Source: Octopus sinensis (lineage: Eukaryota). From it: DNA of 64,000 bases. The DNA is taken from the NCBI RefSeq assembly GCF_006345805.1, contig NC_043001.1, positions 89,590,001 to 89,654,000 on the forward strand, given 5' to 3'. Shown in pieces: positions 39,059-53,374 of the stretch. Both the position numbers and the translations under genes were made by a program. How positions within the stretch are numbered: the stretch's first letter is position 1; every line of letters starts with the position of its first letter. The notes beneath the pieces were generated by a model, which worked only from the letters and a program-made list of their open reading frames with translations, had not been told where the DNA came from and made no database searches.

Positions 39059-40255
39059 TATGCTCCTGAACCAGTTGTTAAGTCAAACCTATGAGGGACC
39101 AATGCTAGACATGCCGAAACAATTGTTGTGGTTAACAAAAATTCTTGTATATCACATCTTCTGTCTTTCATTTACCATATACATATATATAGCCTGTACT
39201 CCTTAACATATTTTCGTATTCCTTGAGTCCTGAGCATTTCCTCATGTCTGCGATGTAGATATTTTAAAATTTTGTATTAATATAGAGTCTTATGAGCTGT
39301 CCACAAAGCTAAAGCATTATGGGTGCAAAATCCTGGGTAACTCTATGTCCAAGATATAAAATTTTGCTTTAGTATTTTCTGCTCTATATTTTTAGAGTGT
39401 GCTTCTTTCTGATATCATCATCATCCTTTAATGTCCATTTTCCATGCTAGCTTGGGTTGGACAGTTCGACCAGGGTCTTGAAGCCATGGAGGCTGTACCA
39501 GGCTCTAGTCTGATTTGGCAGTGCTTGTACAACTGGATGCCCTTCCTAACGCCAACCACTCATTGAGTGTAGTGAGTGTTTTTTACGTGCCACCGGCACA
39601 GGGGCCAGAGCTGGCTGGCAAACGGCCACGATCAGTTGGTGCTTTTACATGTCACCAACACGGACGCCAGTCAGGTGGCGCTGGCATCTGCCACATTCAG
39701 ACGGTGCTTTTTGCATGTCATTGGCACGGGTGTCTTAACTACAATTTCCATTTGAATTTTTATTTTGATGCTATATGTTTTTTTATTAACTAAATATATA
39801 TGTTATATGTATCCATATATCACCTGAGAGCACATAAGGGTACCCATAAATATCCAGTCATATGTGACATAGTATACAGTAAAATATATAGTTAAAGCTA
39901 TATAACCTAATTTTATAACATTTCCTCCTTCAGGACATTAACTGTTTCAAATGGTGAACACATTAGGTCAATACAAGAGAAAGGACAACAGATGGTAGAA
40001 TTGGTAGAGTGCTGGACAAAATATTGTGTAGTTTCAAGTTACATCTCCTTTACATTCAGAGTTCAAAACCACACAGATTGATTTTTTTGCTTTTCTTTCC
40101 TCTAGTCTTCTGTATTGGGGTCAAATCCAACAATCTATTTATCTTCATCGAAAATCTGTGGCCTTATGCCAATATTGGAAATTATTATTGGTCAATAATA
40201 TACTGTTATTTTGAGTGTGGGTGTATGTATTTTGATATGCAGAGATATAATCTAC

Positions 40256-40342
<87 letters not shown>

Positions 40343-40343
40343 A

Positions 40344-40412
<69 letters not shown>
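40256..40412. repeat. (TATC)n microsatellite
   Basis: Direct reading. Confidence 0.95.
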
Positions 40413-40413
<1 letters not shown>

Positions 40414-40591
40414 GTATCCTATCTATATACGTATGAATTTATGTCTGTATATATATATTTATACTTACACACACACACACAAAAGCACACACACACACAT
40501 AAATATATACACATGCGCATAAATACATATATACAAATATAAGTACATACATGTATATGAATATACTTATATATAAATATATGTACATACA

Positions 40592-40639
<48 letters not shown>

Positions 40640-41486
40640 CTGAAATGTACAGTATTATATATCTATCGCAGTTGATCTTACCAATCAGTTTCATGCAAGG
40701 AACACAATGGAGTATTAGGTAACAGTCTAATTATATAACCTTTCACTCATCAGAGTTAGCTGATATGGAAGGGAATATGGCAACGGCTCCCTATTGTTGA
40801 AGGTGGATTAACACATCTGGTTTGTGGCTGCTGTAAAAAAGGTGGTGAAATGAAAAAGTGCCAGGAGATTAGGTTAGGGGCTATGTCCCTTGGTTGGATA
40901 CAATGTAAGGCTGGTAAAAGTTATCCTGAAGTGTTTGTGGGGAAAGTGTGTGTTATTAAGTATGGTGCTCCTGAGGGGATGGGGTGTGTGATATGTGTAG
41001 TGGTATCAAATGCATAACTTTTTCTAGGGGTGTAGGTATAAATAGTTGTGTTCGTTGGTCTGTTTTCTTTCTGTATTGGTTAAGGTTGTGGGAGTTTTTA
41101 TGCTAGCATGTGGTGTGTAATGTATGGAGTCTATATATATGTGGTGGTGGTGGGAGACAGTCTATTTTATGGTGTGTCCACCTTGTAGGGGGGTGTGTGT
41201 ACATGGGTGCATTGGTATGTATTCAGGTCAAACTCTTTGCTAGGCCCGAGAGTATTGGTGGAAGGTCAAGGCTGAGGACCTGTGGTTGCAGTCATGATGG
41301 AGTGTGCAGGTACGATAGGATGTACATCCTTTCAAGTGGGCAAGGACTAAACACTTCACTCCAGCTATTCAAGTAAATATCTGGACGTTGGGTACCCTTT
41401 AATATTGCTGTCTTCTTTACCAGGCACTTCCTGCTGCTATGTGTGTGTGTATTTACACACACACACACACAAGTATATATATATAT

Positions 41487-41522
<36 letters not shown>

Positions 41523-41683
41523 TAAATAGATAATGAGGGTGTGGTTGTTACTTTCTGTTGCTTCCTTTCTGTTTCTTATCACCACATTCTCCCTCTTTTC
41601 CACTCTCTTACTATTGTGCATATATATATATATATGTGTGTGTGCGTATGTATATATATATATACACACACACATACACATAC

Positions 41684-41714
<31 letters not shown>

Positions 41715-41983
41715 TGTATGTATGTATGTATGTATGTATGTATGTATGTATGTATGTGTGTGAGTATGTATATGTTTGTGTCCTCTTGCCTTGATATTAT
41801 GTGATATTTGTAAATAAGTGTCCCCATCATGCAAGTGATTCTTCGTTTTCAATCTTCCATAAAAACATATCTGGACACGGGGAATATTACCACACTTGGA
41901 AACTAGAAGGATATTTGGTCATAGAAAATCTGTCTCAACAAATTCTATCAGACAAATGACAACATGAACAAGTGGACATTAAA

Positions 41984-42505
41984 TGAAGAAGAAGAAGAAG
42001 AAGAAGAAGAAGAAGAAGAAAAAGAAGAAGAAGAAGAAGAAGAAGAAGAAGAAAAGAAGAAGAAGAAAAGAAGAAGATGAAGATGAAGATGAAAAAGAAG
42101 AAAAAGAAAAAGTATAGGAGGAAGAAGACGTATTGGAAGAGGAAGAAAAAGGAGGAGAAGAAGAAAAAGAAGGAGGAGAAGAAAAAGAAGGAGGAGAAGA
42201 AGAAGTAGAAGAAGTAGAAGAAGAAGAAAATAAAGAAGAAGAAGAAAAAGAAGAAGAGAAGAAGAAGAGAAGAAGAAGAAGAGAAGAAGAAGAAGAGAAG
42301 AAGAAGATGAAGATGAAGATGAAAAAGAAGAAAAAGAAAAAGTATAGGAGGAAGAAGACGTATTGGAAGAGGAAGAAAAAGGAGGAGAAGAAGAAGTAGA
42401 GAAAGAAGAAGAAGAAGAAGAAAATAAAGAAGAAGAAGAAGAAGAAAAAGAAGTATCAGAAGAAGTAGTAGTAGTAGTAGTATTTGTAGTAGTAGTAGTA
42501 GTAGT
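41984..42505. repeat. (GAA)n-based polypurine tract ending in (GTA)n
   Basis: Direct reading; contains an internal ~90-bp direct repeat. Confidence 0.95.
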
Positions 42506-45500
42506 GGGATTTTTCCAAGGAATAATTTAGTTATACACAGACAAGAAATTGACTTTGATAAAATCAATTGTCAATTAGATTATGAAGTTATGAAGATACT
42601 CTGGAGAATTTGTTGTAACAACAAGAGCCCTATTCATAAAACTTCCTTTTAAAAAGGAAAAATTTAGTTTTATTTACAACACATGTAGCGGTGTGGTTAT
42701 GAAGCTTACTTCCCGACCATGTAGTCTTGGGTTCAGTTCCACTGTGTAGCATCTTGGTAAGTGTCTTATACTAAAGCTCCAGACTAAGCAAAGCTTCATG
42801 AGTAGATAGAATCCAAGAGAAGACTGTTAGATAACTATGTATTTAAAACAATATCAACCTACCTACCTACCTACTTATTACGTACGTACGTACATACCTA
42901 CCTATCTACCAATATACATACATCAATGTGTATGTATGTGTATGGTGTGTTTGTGCGTGTGCCCCTGTCTTGATATCAAGTGATGTGTTTTGCTTTCTTT
43001 TAATAAAGATGTTAACAATGCTGAAAAAATACCCATGGAAACATGGTAAAAGTTTATTTCTAAGAGAGGAAATGGTGTTAGCAGTAGTGATCGTAGTGTG
43101 GGTATGGATTCATCAAATTTACATTTTGGAAAGAAAAGGGTAGATGAAAAATGCATCAGTGAAAAGTATAGGTAAGGTTAATATTTATGAGATATATCTA
43201 TACTAATGAGATGATAAAATTTCTTATTAGTGTGGATCATAGAAAAACAATCAGCTGGTGATTCAGTGAGAAAAATATTTATTTGTGAATAAGTCTCTTT
43301 ATAAATCTTCAGAAAGATGCATTTACTTCCAGGGTTGATAGATATTTATAGGTAATGTGAGTTGCTTTGAGTCTTTTAAAAAACATTAGAATATTCATTG
43401 TTATGGCATATGACAAGGGAACTACCTCAGTTATTGTAAAAAAGTATCATGCTGAATTTTGTGAGCTTGTAAATGAGGTTTGATTTCTGTTCTTTGTGGG
43501 TTTTTAATTGCAATGAGACTTGTTGTTTTTAGAGAAACTTATCTACAAGACACAGGACTTAATTTTCTGGATATAAGCCGATGAAGTATAAGTTAATCTT
43601 ATTTTTCTGTGCCAGTGTCTCAGATTTGAAGGTAAATCACTCCTGGAGAAAGTCAGAGCCTACAAAAAGATCAACAAGAACAGGTTTGGTACTTAGTGGA
43701 GTTCCAGCTTAAAGGCCTTATTTACTTTGTGGTTTATTAATTTGTTTGCTGGCATTCTTCATGGGAGAAGTGTCTTACAATGAAAGTTTTTATGAGGGAT
43801 AATTCTCCAGTACATCTTCATAGAAGGCATATGGCCAGTGGCTAGGGTGTTGCTCTCACAAGTATCAAATTGTGGTTTCAAAACCTAGACCATGTGGTGC
43901 ATTGTGTTCTTGAGAAAACCACCTCATTTTATGTAGCTCCAGGTCACTCAGCTGTAAATGAGTAACCCTGTGTTGGACTGGTATCTTGTTTAAGGGGAAT
44001 ATTGTGATCTCAGTCACTTATATGCCATGGAAACCAGGTAATCAACCTGATGAGTCCTAGGGATGAAGACAGAATTACTACTACATTTTCATAACTTCGT
44101 AGTCCAATTGCCAGAAGAGTATGATTTTTATCAACATCCATGACCATTTCACTACTATAGACCATGGATCATCAAGTGATTGCAAATTTTGAAAAAAAAT
44201 TTATATAAAACATTCATTCAGGGTCTGCTATGGAGCACCCACTCAGTTATGTAGCAGTTAAAAAGTGTCTCCAAATTATTTCATCACTACAGATTCTGCG
44301 AGTTTAATAGTAAAACCATGGGGTAAGCTTTCTTCTAAGTATTTGATGCTGTCACTTCAAGGGACAAGTGTTTGAGACAGAGTCTGTCGTTAAAGAAATT
44401 ATGTTTCAGCTTTTCCATGAATGGGGATGATTTGAATGACTAGATTGACAAGTATAGAAGAGAATCGTCCATTGACAGCCTGATAAGCTTCATTGAGAAG
44501 AAGCAACAATGAGCGTATTGTGGAAGAGAACTAAAATAGAATCAAGAGCCATGAAAGTTTTCTTCTTTTGCCTCTGGAGTGAGCTCACAGACATTGTGAA
44601 AGCTCACAGACATTGTGAAAGCTCACAAACATTGTGAGAGCTCATCACTTTTTCTTAAAAGGTGGCGAGTCAGGTTTTCACTACTTTTCTTAGAAGAGTT
44701 GCACTACTTTTGGATTGTAGAGAAAAACAATCTGCAACAATCCATGCTGGATACTTACTTTGAAAGGAATAACTCAGGAACCTTCTACTTCTGCTGTACC
44801 TTCTTCAGTAACAGAAGACTCTGATGTTCCTCTCTCAGAAAAATGAAGTTCTCCTAAGAGTCTGAGAAGAGACAACTTTTTTTTCCACTCAATAATTCCC
44901 TCACCCCAGCCTCCTGGCACCCTTCATCCTGGTTGAACAACCTACTAAACTCAAGGGAGAAACTGTGTCATTTTTCGATTATTAATTAATAATTTTTTAT
45001 TCTTTAAATTTATGATTTGCTTTCTTTAAAAATTTAATTAACCATTCCTTCATTTTACAGATTATTTATGTAACTTATCTTGTAATAACACTTTTAATAT
45101 ATTAGTTTAATGTTCATTAACTTTATATCTTTGCATGAGAGATATCTTTGAAACGACGTACAGAACTTTATTTTAGTTTGATTTTGTTTATTTATTGTAG
45201 TTTTTACTTTTTTTTTTGAATTACTAGATATTTTATCATTATACATATATTGTCTTATTGATTAATTGTGATTTATTAATGTTTAAAGGACTGCTTTGAG
45301 TATTGACTCTTGGTCTTTGGTTGAAGTTTAAGAAAAAATTGTTCCTAAATTCAAATATTTTCATTGATGAATTTTAGTGAATGAAGTTCAGGAATGAATT
45401 AAATTCAATATCACAAAGTTAATTGTACATGTGTCTATGTACGTATGTATCATCACCATCATCTTCATTATCATTTAACGCCCATTTTCTATGCTGGCAT

Positions 45501-46348
45501 GGGTTGAACAGTTTGACAGGGGCTGGCTAGGCAGAAAACTGCCCCAGACTTCAACTGTCTTTTTTGGCATGGTTTTTGCAGCTGGATGACCTTCCTAATA
45601 CCAACCACCTTACAGAGTGGACTGAGTGCTTTTTACATGGCACCAGTACCATACATATGTGTGTGTGTGTATAATATATGTGTGTATGTATGCATACATT
45701 TATACACACAGACACATCTATGTATGTGTGTGTGTGTGTGTATGGGAGTGAAGGACCCTTAGTTCTTAGAATTTCCTAGGGGAAGGTTAAGTCGTATAAA
45801 AAAACTTGAAGTACAGTTGATGACCACTGCATCATCCTTCCATAAAATGTGTTTTTTAAAAAAATATATTTAAAAACATCAACACTTGTGACCAAGAAAC
45901 GAGCTAGGTACCAGGTGGTCGTGGGATATGCTGGAAACAACAGCTAAATCTCCCTTAAATCATACATCTTTTTGTCCGATAATTAGTTTGAAATTCTAAA
46001 CAAAAACAAATTGGAAATTAAGCTTGCTCGTATTTTAAAACTATGATTTAAAAAGTCCAAATTTTAGGATTAATGGGGGTGAGGGGGTAGAAGTTAATGA
46101 AAAAAAAATTAGTATTGTTTTCAAATTACATTTCATTCTCTGTTTGAAAAGAATGGAAGTAGGGATTGTAATGGTGATTGCTGATGTCCGAATTTTTTTT
46201 AACCTTCAAGGCTTCTCCCATCACTTTTAAATGTGAAGTGCAAAAAAAAAAAAAAGGCCGAAATCGATACTGAGGGGAGTGTGAAAAATTTCTAAATTTT
46301 CAACAATTTTTCTTTCTTTTTTTTATCAAAAAAGGCATCACTCATTTT

Positions 46349-47162
46349 GGATCTTTTCATTTCCAAGGCCTGTTTTTTCAGATTTTTCCTACTTAACCAA
46401 ACAATTTGAAACTTCGTATACTGGTAGAATGTGTCAAAAGAAAACATAATTGTAAACCAGAATGAAAACGGAATTGTAATTTCAAAGTTTAACGTTGTTT
46501 AATAATTAGAATTTTAACCAATGGTATTCGGTCTTTCGGCTTCATATTATTTACTCCGTCTCAATAGACGTAAACGGCTATTTTGCTGACGTATTTAACA
46601 TACGTGAAATGTAAACACCCGGTTACCGTATTCCTTCAGTTTCTATTCACATTTTTTTAATATATTATTAACTAACTTATATTAAACTTATATATTATAT
46701 AACTAACTTAGTTTTTGTAAATTTTCGTATATTTTTTGTGATTTTTATTCCTTACTTTATTCGTGTAACTTTTATTTCTGTAACTTTTTATCTTTGGCAA
46801 TCTTTCGTATGTGTGTGTATGTATGTATGGCCGATTCAGTGTTTACATTATTTCGAGTTAAAACGAAAGATTACCTTTGCTATGTAGAAAACACAGACCT
46901 ACGCACAGCTGTCTACGTCACAAAATAGCTTTCTACGTCACACTAAGATAAGGCAGTTAATTATTTCAAATGAAAACAAACAATACGATTGGTTAAAATT
47001 CGCAGATTTAATCTACCCTTAAAGTTATAAAATACATTTTTCTCAAATAAACAAGTTGAAACTAGTGTTTTCTTTTGAGACACTCTACCAGTATACGAAG
47101 TTTCAAATTATTTAGTTAACTAGAAAAATCTGACAAAACAGGCCTTGGAAATGAAAAGATCC
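46349..47162. mobile_element. Non-autonomous DNA transposon with long terminal inverted repeats
   Basis: GGATCTTTTCATTTCCAAGGCCTGTTTT...TTTGAAACTTCGTATACTGGTAGA..GTGTC is inverted at 47066-47162. Weaker similarity extends to about 180 bp. Superfamily not determined. Confidence 0.8.
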
Positions 47163-47299
47163 CTGACACCTTGTATTTTAAACAATTGTCATGACTTCCA
47201 TAAAAGTTTTTGCAAAAGGAATAAAAAAAAATAGCGGGAAAAAAAAGAAAAAATATCAATGCAGCACCAAGTGCTTCAATTGGTCGCACACCACAAGGT

Positions 47300-47606
47300 T
47301 TAACGAAACCTACCAAAGCAAGCCAGCACGCTCGCTACATTACCACGGGCAATGGCGAGGCTAAGGTATTGGAAAAGCCAAACGCCCTCACAGGCATCAC
47401 CTAACATCTTGGTGAGGCCAGCTGCCAACGATGACAAGAACTTCGCGGTTAGTGGCCCAGTCCCTCCAAACGTCTCAAACGACAAAGGTTGGAAGAGACA
47501 GTTCACTGTCAGGGTTTTGTTATGTTCAGCTACGGAGGCAGTGACCTCCCCCGCCCCAATTACTGCGGCATCCAAGATGTGGGAGGGAGCAAAAGAGTCA
47601 CAGTAA
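47300..47606 (-). mobile_element. CRE-like non-LTR retrotransposon, C-terminal restriction-like endonuclease fragment
   Basis: YCDSFAPSHILDAAV...AE...FQPLSFETFGG.G...FL..L...WLFQYLSLAIARGNVASVL. Confidence 0.75.
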
Positions 47607-48789
47607 CGTCTCAGATCATATCAGAATGTGATAGGTGATGCTATATAGTCCCTAGAGTTCGTAACTGATGCTAGTTTCTTAAAACATATTTCGCAATACA
47701 TAAAAATATTCATGACTGAAATGGCTTGCTTCATGTATTAGACGAGACTGATACTGGACAAACATAACATCAGAAGGATATCCTTCTATTGATTACGAAA
47801 GAAACAAGGTAAAACAAATCGTTTCTAGTATGCACAGCTGATGCTTCTCACACAACAATATACATTTCAAGTGAATTTCTGCACAGAAAATTATTCTGAG
47901 CAAATGAGATAAAGAAAACAAAACAGTGGAATGTACTTCGGATCACAAACAAAAATCGTTGAATGTTTGTTAACACAACTTACAACCGTCTGTTGTTTTG
48001 TTGGTGTTCAGAGGAAGTCAAAGGAAAAAAGGCTACAGAAAAAAAAATGTCATAATTTTCGTCGAGAAAGAAGTCACTGTTAACTGGAAAAAGTTAATTT
48101 TTTATTTAAAAATGCTTTAAACAAAGCAGTAAAACAAAAAACAGTTTTAAATCGGTTATTAACTGACAGTACGCGACTTGTACACAATTTGTATACGATG
48201 GCATTACACATGTAAATAAAAAAAACAACAAACCTTTAATTCAATTTCTTAAATAAAATAAGACAATGAAACAAAAAATTTAAACCATTTATTGACAATA
48301 CATGACGTAGAGATTGAAGACACCTTACATTGTATCGTGGCGTTAGAAGTATATTCAATATTTTTAATGTTGAGACTAAGACGAATATTCCAGTCGACGC
48401 CACGAAGAAACTTTGCAAGTCTTATGGTTCTCCCACCTTTTCCAGTGATTCTCCCCCCCCCCTGGATTCATTCATTCATCTATCTGCTAAATTTCTTTAC
48501 TTAATAATGCCTTTATCCTAGACATATTTTGATAATATACCTCTCCCCGCTCATCTTTCCTCATCCTTCTCTAAAGTCAATAATTTAATTTAATATTCAT
48601 TGTAAACCATTACTCAGCGATTCTCGTTACGCGTTATTCTTTTGATATGTGTAGTCCTTCAGACGGCAAACTATCTTTCATTTACATGATGTAGAGACGT
48701 ATTGAATAATCAGCATTCAGTGAATAAACTCGGCAGCATGTATTGAGTATACCTTTGTTTATCAAAACGTGTGTGTGCATGTGTATGCA

Positions 48790-48822
<33 letters not shown>

Positions 48823-50871
48823 TTGCGTCAGTATGCGTTTGACATACATAGGAGATAAAAGTACTCAATACCGGATAGTAAGGTTTCAGAAACTATAATA
48901 TACTGCAATTAACTAATGTGATATAGCTGGCAACGAGTGGTTTTCTGAATTGCCGTGATTTCCTTAAGAATATTCATTAAGTTCGCAAACCCGATTCATT
49001 GCTTTTTCAGTTTCTCTTCCGCTCTTGTATGAATTTAAATCCTCCTTCATTTTTCTGTTAAAATTTACCATTAATGAATTCGGGGTGAATAAAATAAAGT
49101 ACCAGTCATGTAACGGGATCGAAGTTATCGATCAAACACTCTTCTCGAAACTTCTGGCCGAGTGCCTTAAGTAAAAACGATAATTAATTTCATTACTCTT
49201 GTTTTTACAGTGTTATTACTACAGAAAAAAATATTCGCAATAAAATTGATAACAGTTACGATAACATCAAAGCAATAACAATAATAATATAATTAGTAGC
49301 GACAGAAGCAGTATTAATATGAAAAAGCAACCTTGATCTCCAACTTAACGCGGAGGTTGAGTTAGACCACAGACTACTGTGTTATTTACCTTTAGAGGTC
49401 TTCTCGTATGGACTTGTGGTACATAAAAGCACTTGAATTTACATCGTTGACAGTCGAGAACCGTCTGCTACAACCGCCGGAACTACCAGATAACGTGATT
49501 TCGTCCGACTATGGGCTTTTCAGTTACGGGTATCCAGCTGTATTCAACATAACAGTTAAATCTCCAGTGAACAATAAATAGAATATCAGTGTCTATTCAG
49601 GTACTAATGTTGCAAATGGCCAGTGGGTTTATTAAAAGATAATAGCAACAAAAGCAGTATTAATACAAAAAGGCAATTTTAATCTCCAACTTAACGTAGA
49701 GGTTGTTAGAACTGCGTTATTTAGCTTGATGATGATGATGCTCCTTTCTACTATAGGCACAGGGCTTGAAATTTTATCGACCTCCAGTACTTGACTGGTA
49801 CTTATTTAATCAACCCCGAAGGGATGAAAGGCAAAGTCGACCTCGGCGGAATTTGAACTCAGAACGTAGCGGCAGACGAAATACCGGTAAGCATTTCGCC
49901 CAGTGTGCTAACGATTCTGTTTGCTAGCCAAGAGACATCGGACACAAATTAGACCCTGGGAGAATAGTTAAAGCAAGCATAACGAAATGTAGCATGTCAG
50001 GATCAATCAAAATGAATTTACAACTCTTAATGACCAGCAAAAGCTATAAAATCATACTATAGAAAGATTGATGACAAAGGATAGGAGGAATAATTCACAT
50101 CTTAGAGCTGAAGAATTAGGAACATTGAGCAAAAACAAGAAAAGCGAAAACAATGAAGTGTAAAAACGAACAATGAACACCAGCAGCCAAATCTCTTGGA
50201 ATGGTAAGTGGAATATATTTATACCCAGTATCTCAATTGATGCACAAATATTCGGCTAATAAGGAAGAACAAATAACTATCGATGGATATTTACGAACAA
50301 TCGTTGAAAATACGAAAAATCTCAGAAATAGTAAAAAACGTAAAAATAATGAAAACAAGTGAGGAAGAACAATGTCTTCCAAATCAAACGAGATCCTTCC
50401 TCTGGAAAATAACGAAGAAAATGGAGTGGACAAAGACGAATTAAGATTTATCGTTAATCGAAAACCAAAACAAAAGTTAAGAGACAAAATTATGGATCTC
50501 TGTGCCACGGACTTTCAGGAGTTATAATGATACGAAATCAACTAAGTTCAGACTATAAACAACATGCAAAAGATAAGATTAAAACTATGATATTACACCA
50601 CACTTAAAAAAGAATAACCTCAAGATGTTCATGCTTTTCAACACCACATATTTCAAAGTGCTCACTGGTGTTTTTGGTTACAGTCGGGCACAATCTGAGA
50701 AATTGCTAAGTGAACAGGGGTGTGGAGTATTCTCTCAAGTTTTATTTCCTTTAATTATACTTTGCTTTCATTATTGTGGGTTATCATTGAAAACTTATAA
50801 AAATATATACATAAATATTTAAAAAATTAATATATATATAGGCGTATGAGTTGCTGTGTGGTAAGTAGCAC

Positions 50872-52123
50872 GCTAGGGAGGCGGAGGTGGTGCAGATGTT
50901 CATAGCATCAGTAGTCACCTACCGCCTGACCGTGGTGCCTTGCCCCGATTTGTGGCTGAACAAGTTGGAGAGAATCCTTTTCCACTTTTTGTGGAAAGGA
51001 GGAAAGCCACTTGTAAAGCGCTCTGTCTGCTGCCAGAAACCGCTAAAGGGTGGGCTAGGGATGCCTTGGCTGAAGATGCGAAAATTCGCGTTAAGGTTGA
51101 GGCACCTCTGGCTTTACTTGGATGGAGAACAGGTGTGGTCACCGCACGTTCGTTTCTACCTTCCGCAATTAACGTCCTTAACGGACATTGGTAATTGGAT
51201 CAAGCAGAGACCTAGGCTGGGGGACTGGCAATTGGAGTACCGTCAGGCACTTCAGCTACTCTCTCGGGCGGGCAATGCCGGCAACAGGAGTTCCACCGCG
51301 GATTTCTATAGCGGGTTAGTGGAAGTTAAGTCCGAAGACGCCTTGAGGGAGACCCTGGGCTACGATGAAAATCAGTTGATCAACCTGTTCCGGAGAACGT
51401 TCGGGCCGGGATACCTGGATAATTACCAGAAATCCCTGGCCTGGCAGTGTTTCCGTGCGACGTTACCTGTTCGCGACAAGCTGTCAAGGCACAGAAGTGC
51501 CGTCTCGCCGACATTTCCGCAATGTGAGCGGGATAGGGAAACCGTCTTGCACGCATTCGTGGAGTGCTCGGAGTTATCGGGACTGATTGCTTTTGCCGAA
51601 CACCTGTTGTCAGTGAATGGAAGAGTACAGCTTTCAGCGGAGTCTATCATTGAGATTGTGCCACCTCCCTTCCTCAGCAGGGAAAGGAAGGCTTGTTTTT
51701 CCTGCGTAGTAGCCATACTGAAAGAAACAGTATGGAAGACGCGTACGAAAGGTATAGTGACAGGTACCTTCGTATCCGGCCAGGGGTTTTAACTTTTTTA
51801 GTCACCAACTCGGTAGTAAGATCAGGCTGGAGAAGAGGTGTCTGTCACGAGATATGTTTGTGAAAAGATGGAAGTCTGTAGCTTGCAAGCTGGGTATATT
51901 TGGAACCAGGTAAGTGTGGCCGGATCAAGAAGTAAAGGTTCTACCCAGATGGCTGGGTTCCTTGCCCTACTGTGTAATATTAAATTTGTAAACGTTATAT
52001 TGTAAATATTGTACACATTCTATTGTAAATACTAAAACGTTTTAAGCTAATACACCCTATATGTTTGTCTGTATTTGTATGTCCCCTCTATGTAACGTCT
52101 TAATGGCGAATTTTCATGAAATA
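50872..52123 (+). mobile_element. 5'-truncated Tx1/L1-clade LINE (post-RT region, zf-RVT, 3'UTR)
   Basis: ORF 50887..51792 has FLWKG, KGGLGMP and LPVRDKL...FPQC..DRETVLHAFVEC. AATAAA at the 3' end. 9-bp TSD AAGTAGCAC at 50863-50871 and 52124-52132. Confidence 0.9.
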
Positions 52124-52259
52124 AAGTAGCACATGGTTCCGGGTTCAGTTCCACTGCGTAGTACCGTAGGCCAGTGTCTTCTATTATAGCCTCGGGCCGA
52201 CAAAAGCCTTGTGAGTGGATTTGGTAGACGGAAACTGAAAGAAGCCCGTCATATATATG

Positions 52260-52344
<85 letters not shown>

Positions 52345-52552
52345 TGTGTGTGTGTGTATGCGTTGGTGTGTCTGTGTTTGTCCCCCACCAACATCGCTTG
52401 ACAACCGATGTCGGTGTGTTTACGTCTCCGTAACTTAGCGGTTTGGCAAAAAAGGCGATAGAATAAGTATTAGGCTTACAAAGAATAAGTCATGGGTCGA
52501 TTTGCTCGACTAAAGGCGGCCACAGTCAAATGACTGAAACAAGTAAAAGAGT
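52124..52552 (+). mobile_element. SINE family A, remainder of the copy split by the Tx1 insertion (head at 50841-50871)
   Basis: CACATGGTTCCGGGTTCAGTTCC continues the head GCTGTGTGGTAAGTAGC found before the LINE. Confidence 0.8.
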
Positions 52553-53374
52553 ATATATTTAATATTTATATATTTTTTCGATGGCAATGTTTTCCATATA
52601 TAAATGCTTTCTCAAATAAAATTACTCTCAATTTTGAGACTCTGACAAAACCACAGTGATACTGAACATGCACTGAACTCTGGATGCATTGTATCTCATA
52701 GCAGAAACAAATAAAAACAGTAGGAAATGTTTAATTTATCATAGCGTCCTCCACCTGAGCGTGTCTGCAGGACCCAATTTGAACAAATCTGTCTAATTGG
52801 CTTAAAACCGGCCCTGTTTAGGCATACACACACAACTGTACCCTCTCCCAACATTGTTTACTCATAACTTTCAAGAAAATAAATAATTTTTAATGAAACT
52901 TTTTGCAAATACCTTTCAGATGATGTTTATTTCGGAACCTAATCTTAAAAACAATAAAAAACAATTTTGGCGTATACATACTTGATACATCACTATTTTT
53001 TCAAAAGTTCAACTTTCATGTTACAGATACAGGCGCAGGCGTGGCTTTGTGGTAAGACGTTTTCTCCTATGTTCACTCACAATGCATGGCACCTTGGACA
53101 AGTGTCTTCTACTACGGCCCCGTGCCCGCCGACCAAAAAGCCTTGTAAGTGAATTTGGTTGACGTAAATTGAGAGAAGTAGGTCATTTATATATATATAT
53201 GTACATATATAGCCGAAATTGCGAAGATAATCTGGTACTCGACCGAGGAAAGAAAACTTCGAATGACCCATCCGTGTTTTCTTTGTATCGTTTATCTGGA
53301 TGTTTTGTTGTCTCCACCTAAATATCCGGATGTTTTGCGCTCTTGTCCCATTTTGTGTGTGTAGATATATAAGC

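Noticed and set aside
49390-49540. Minus-strand exon-like segment with AAG|gtaaat donor
   Set aside because: All three frames contain stops, and a non-coding exon cannot be supported from sequence alone.
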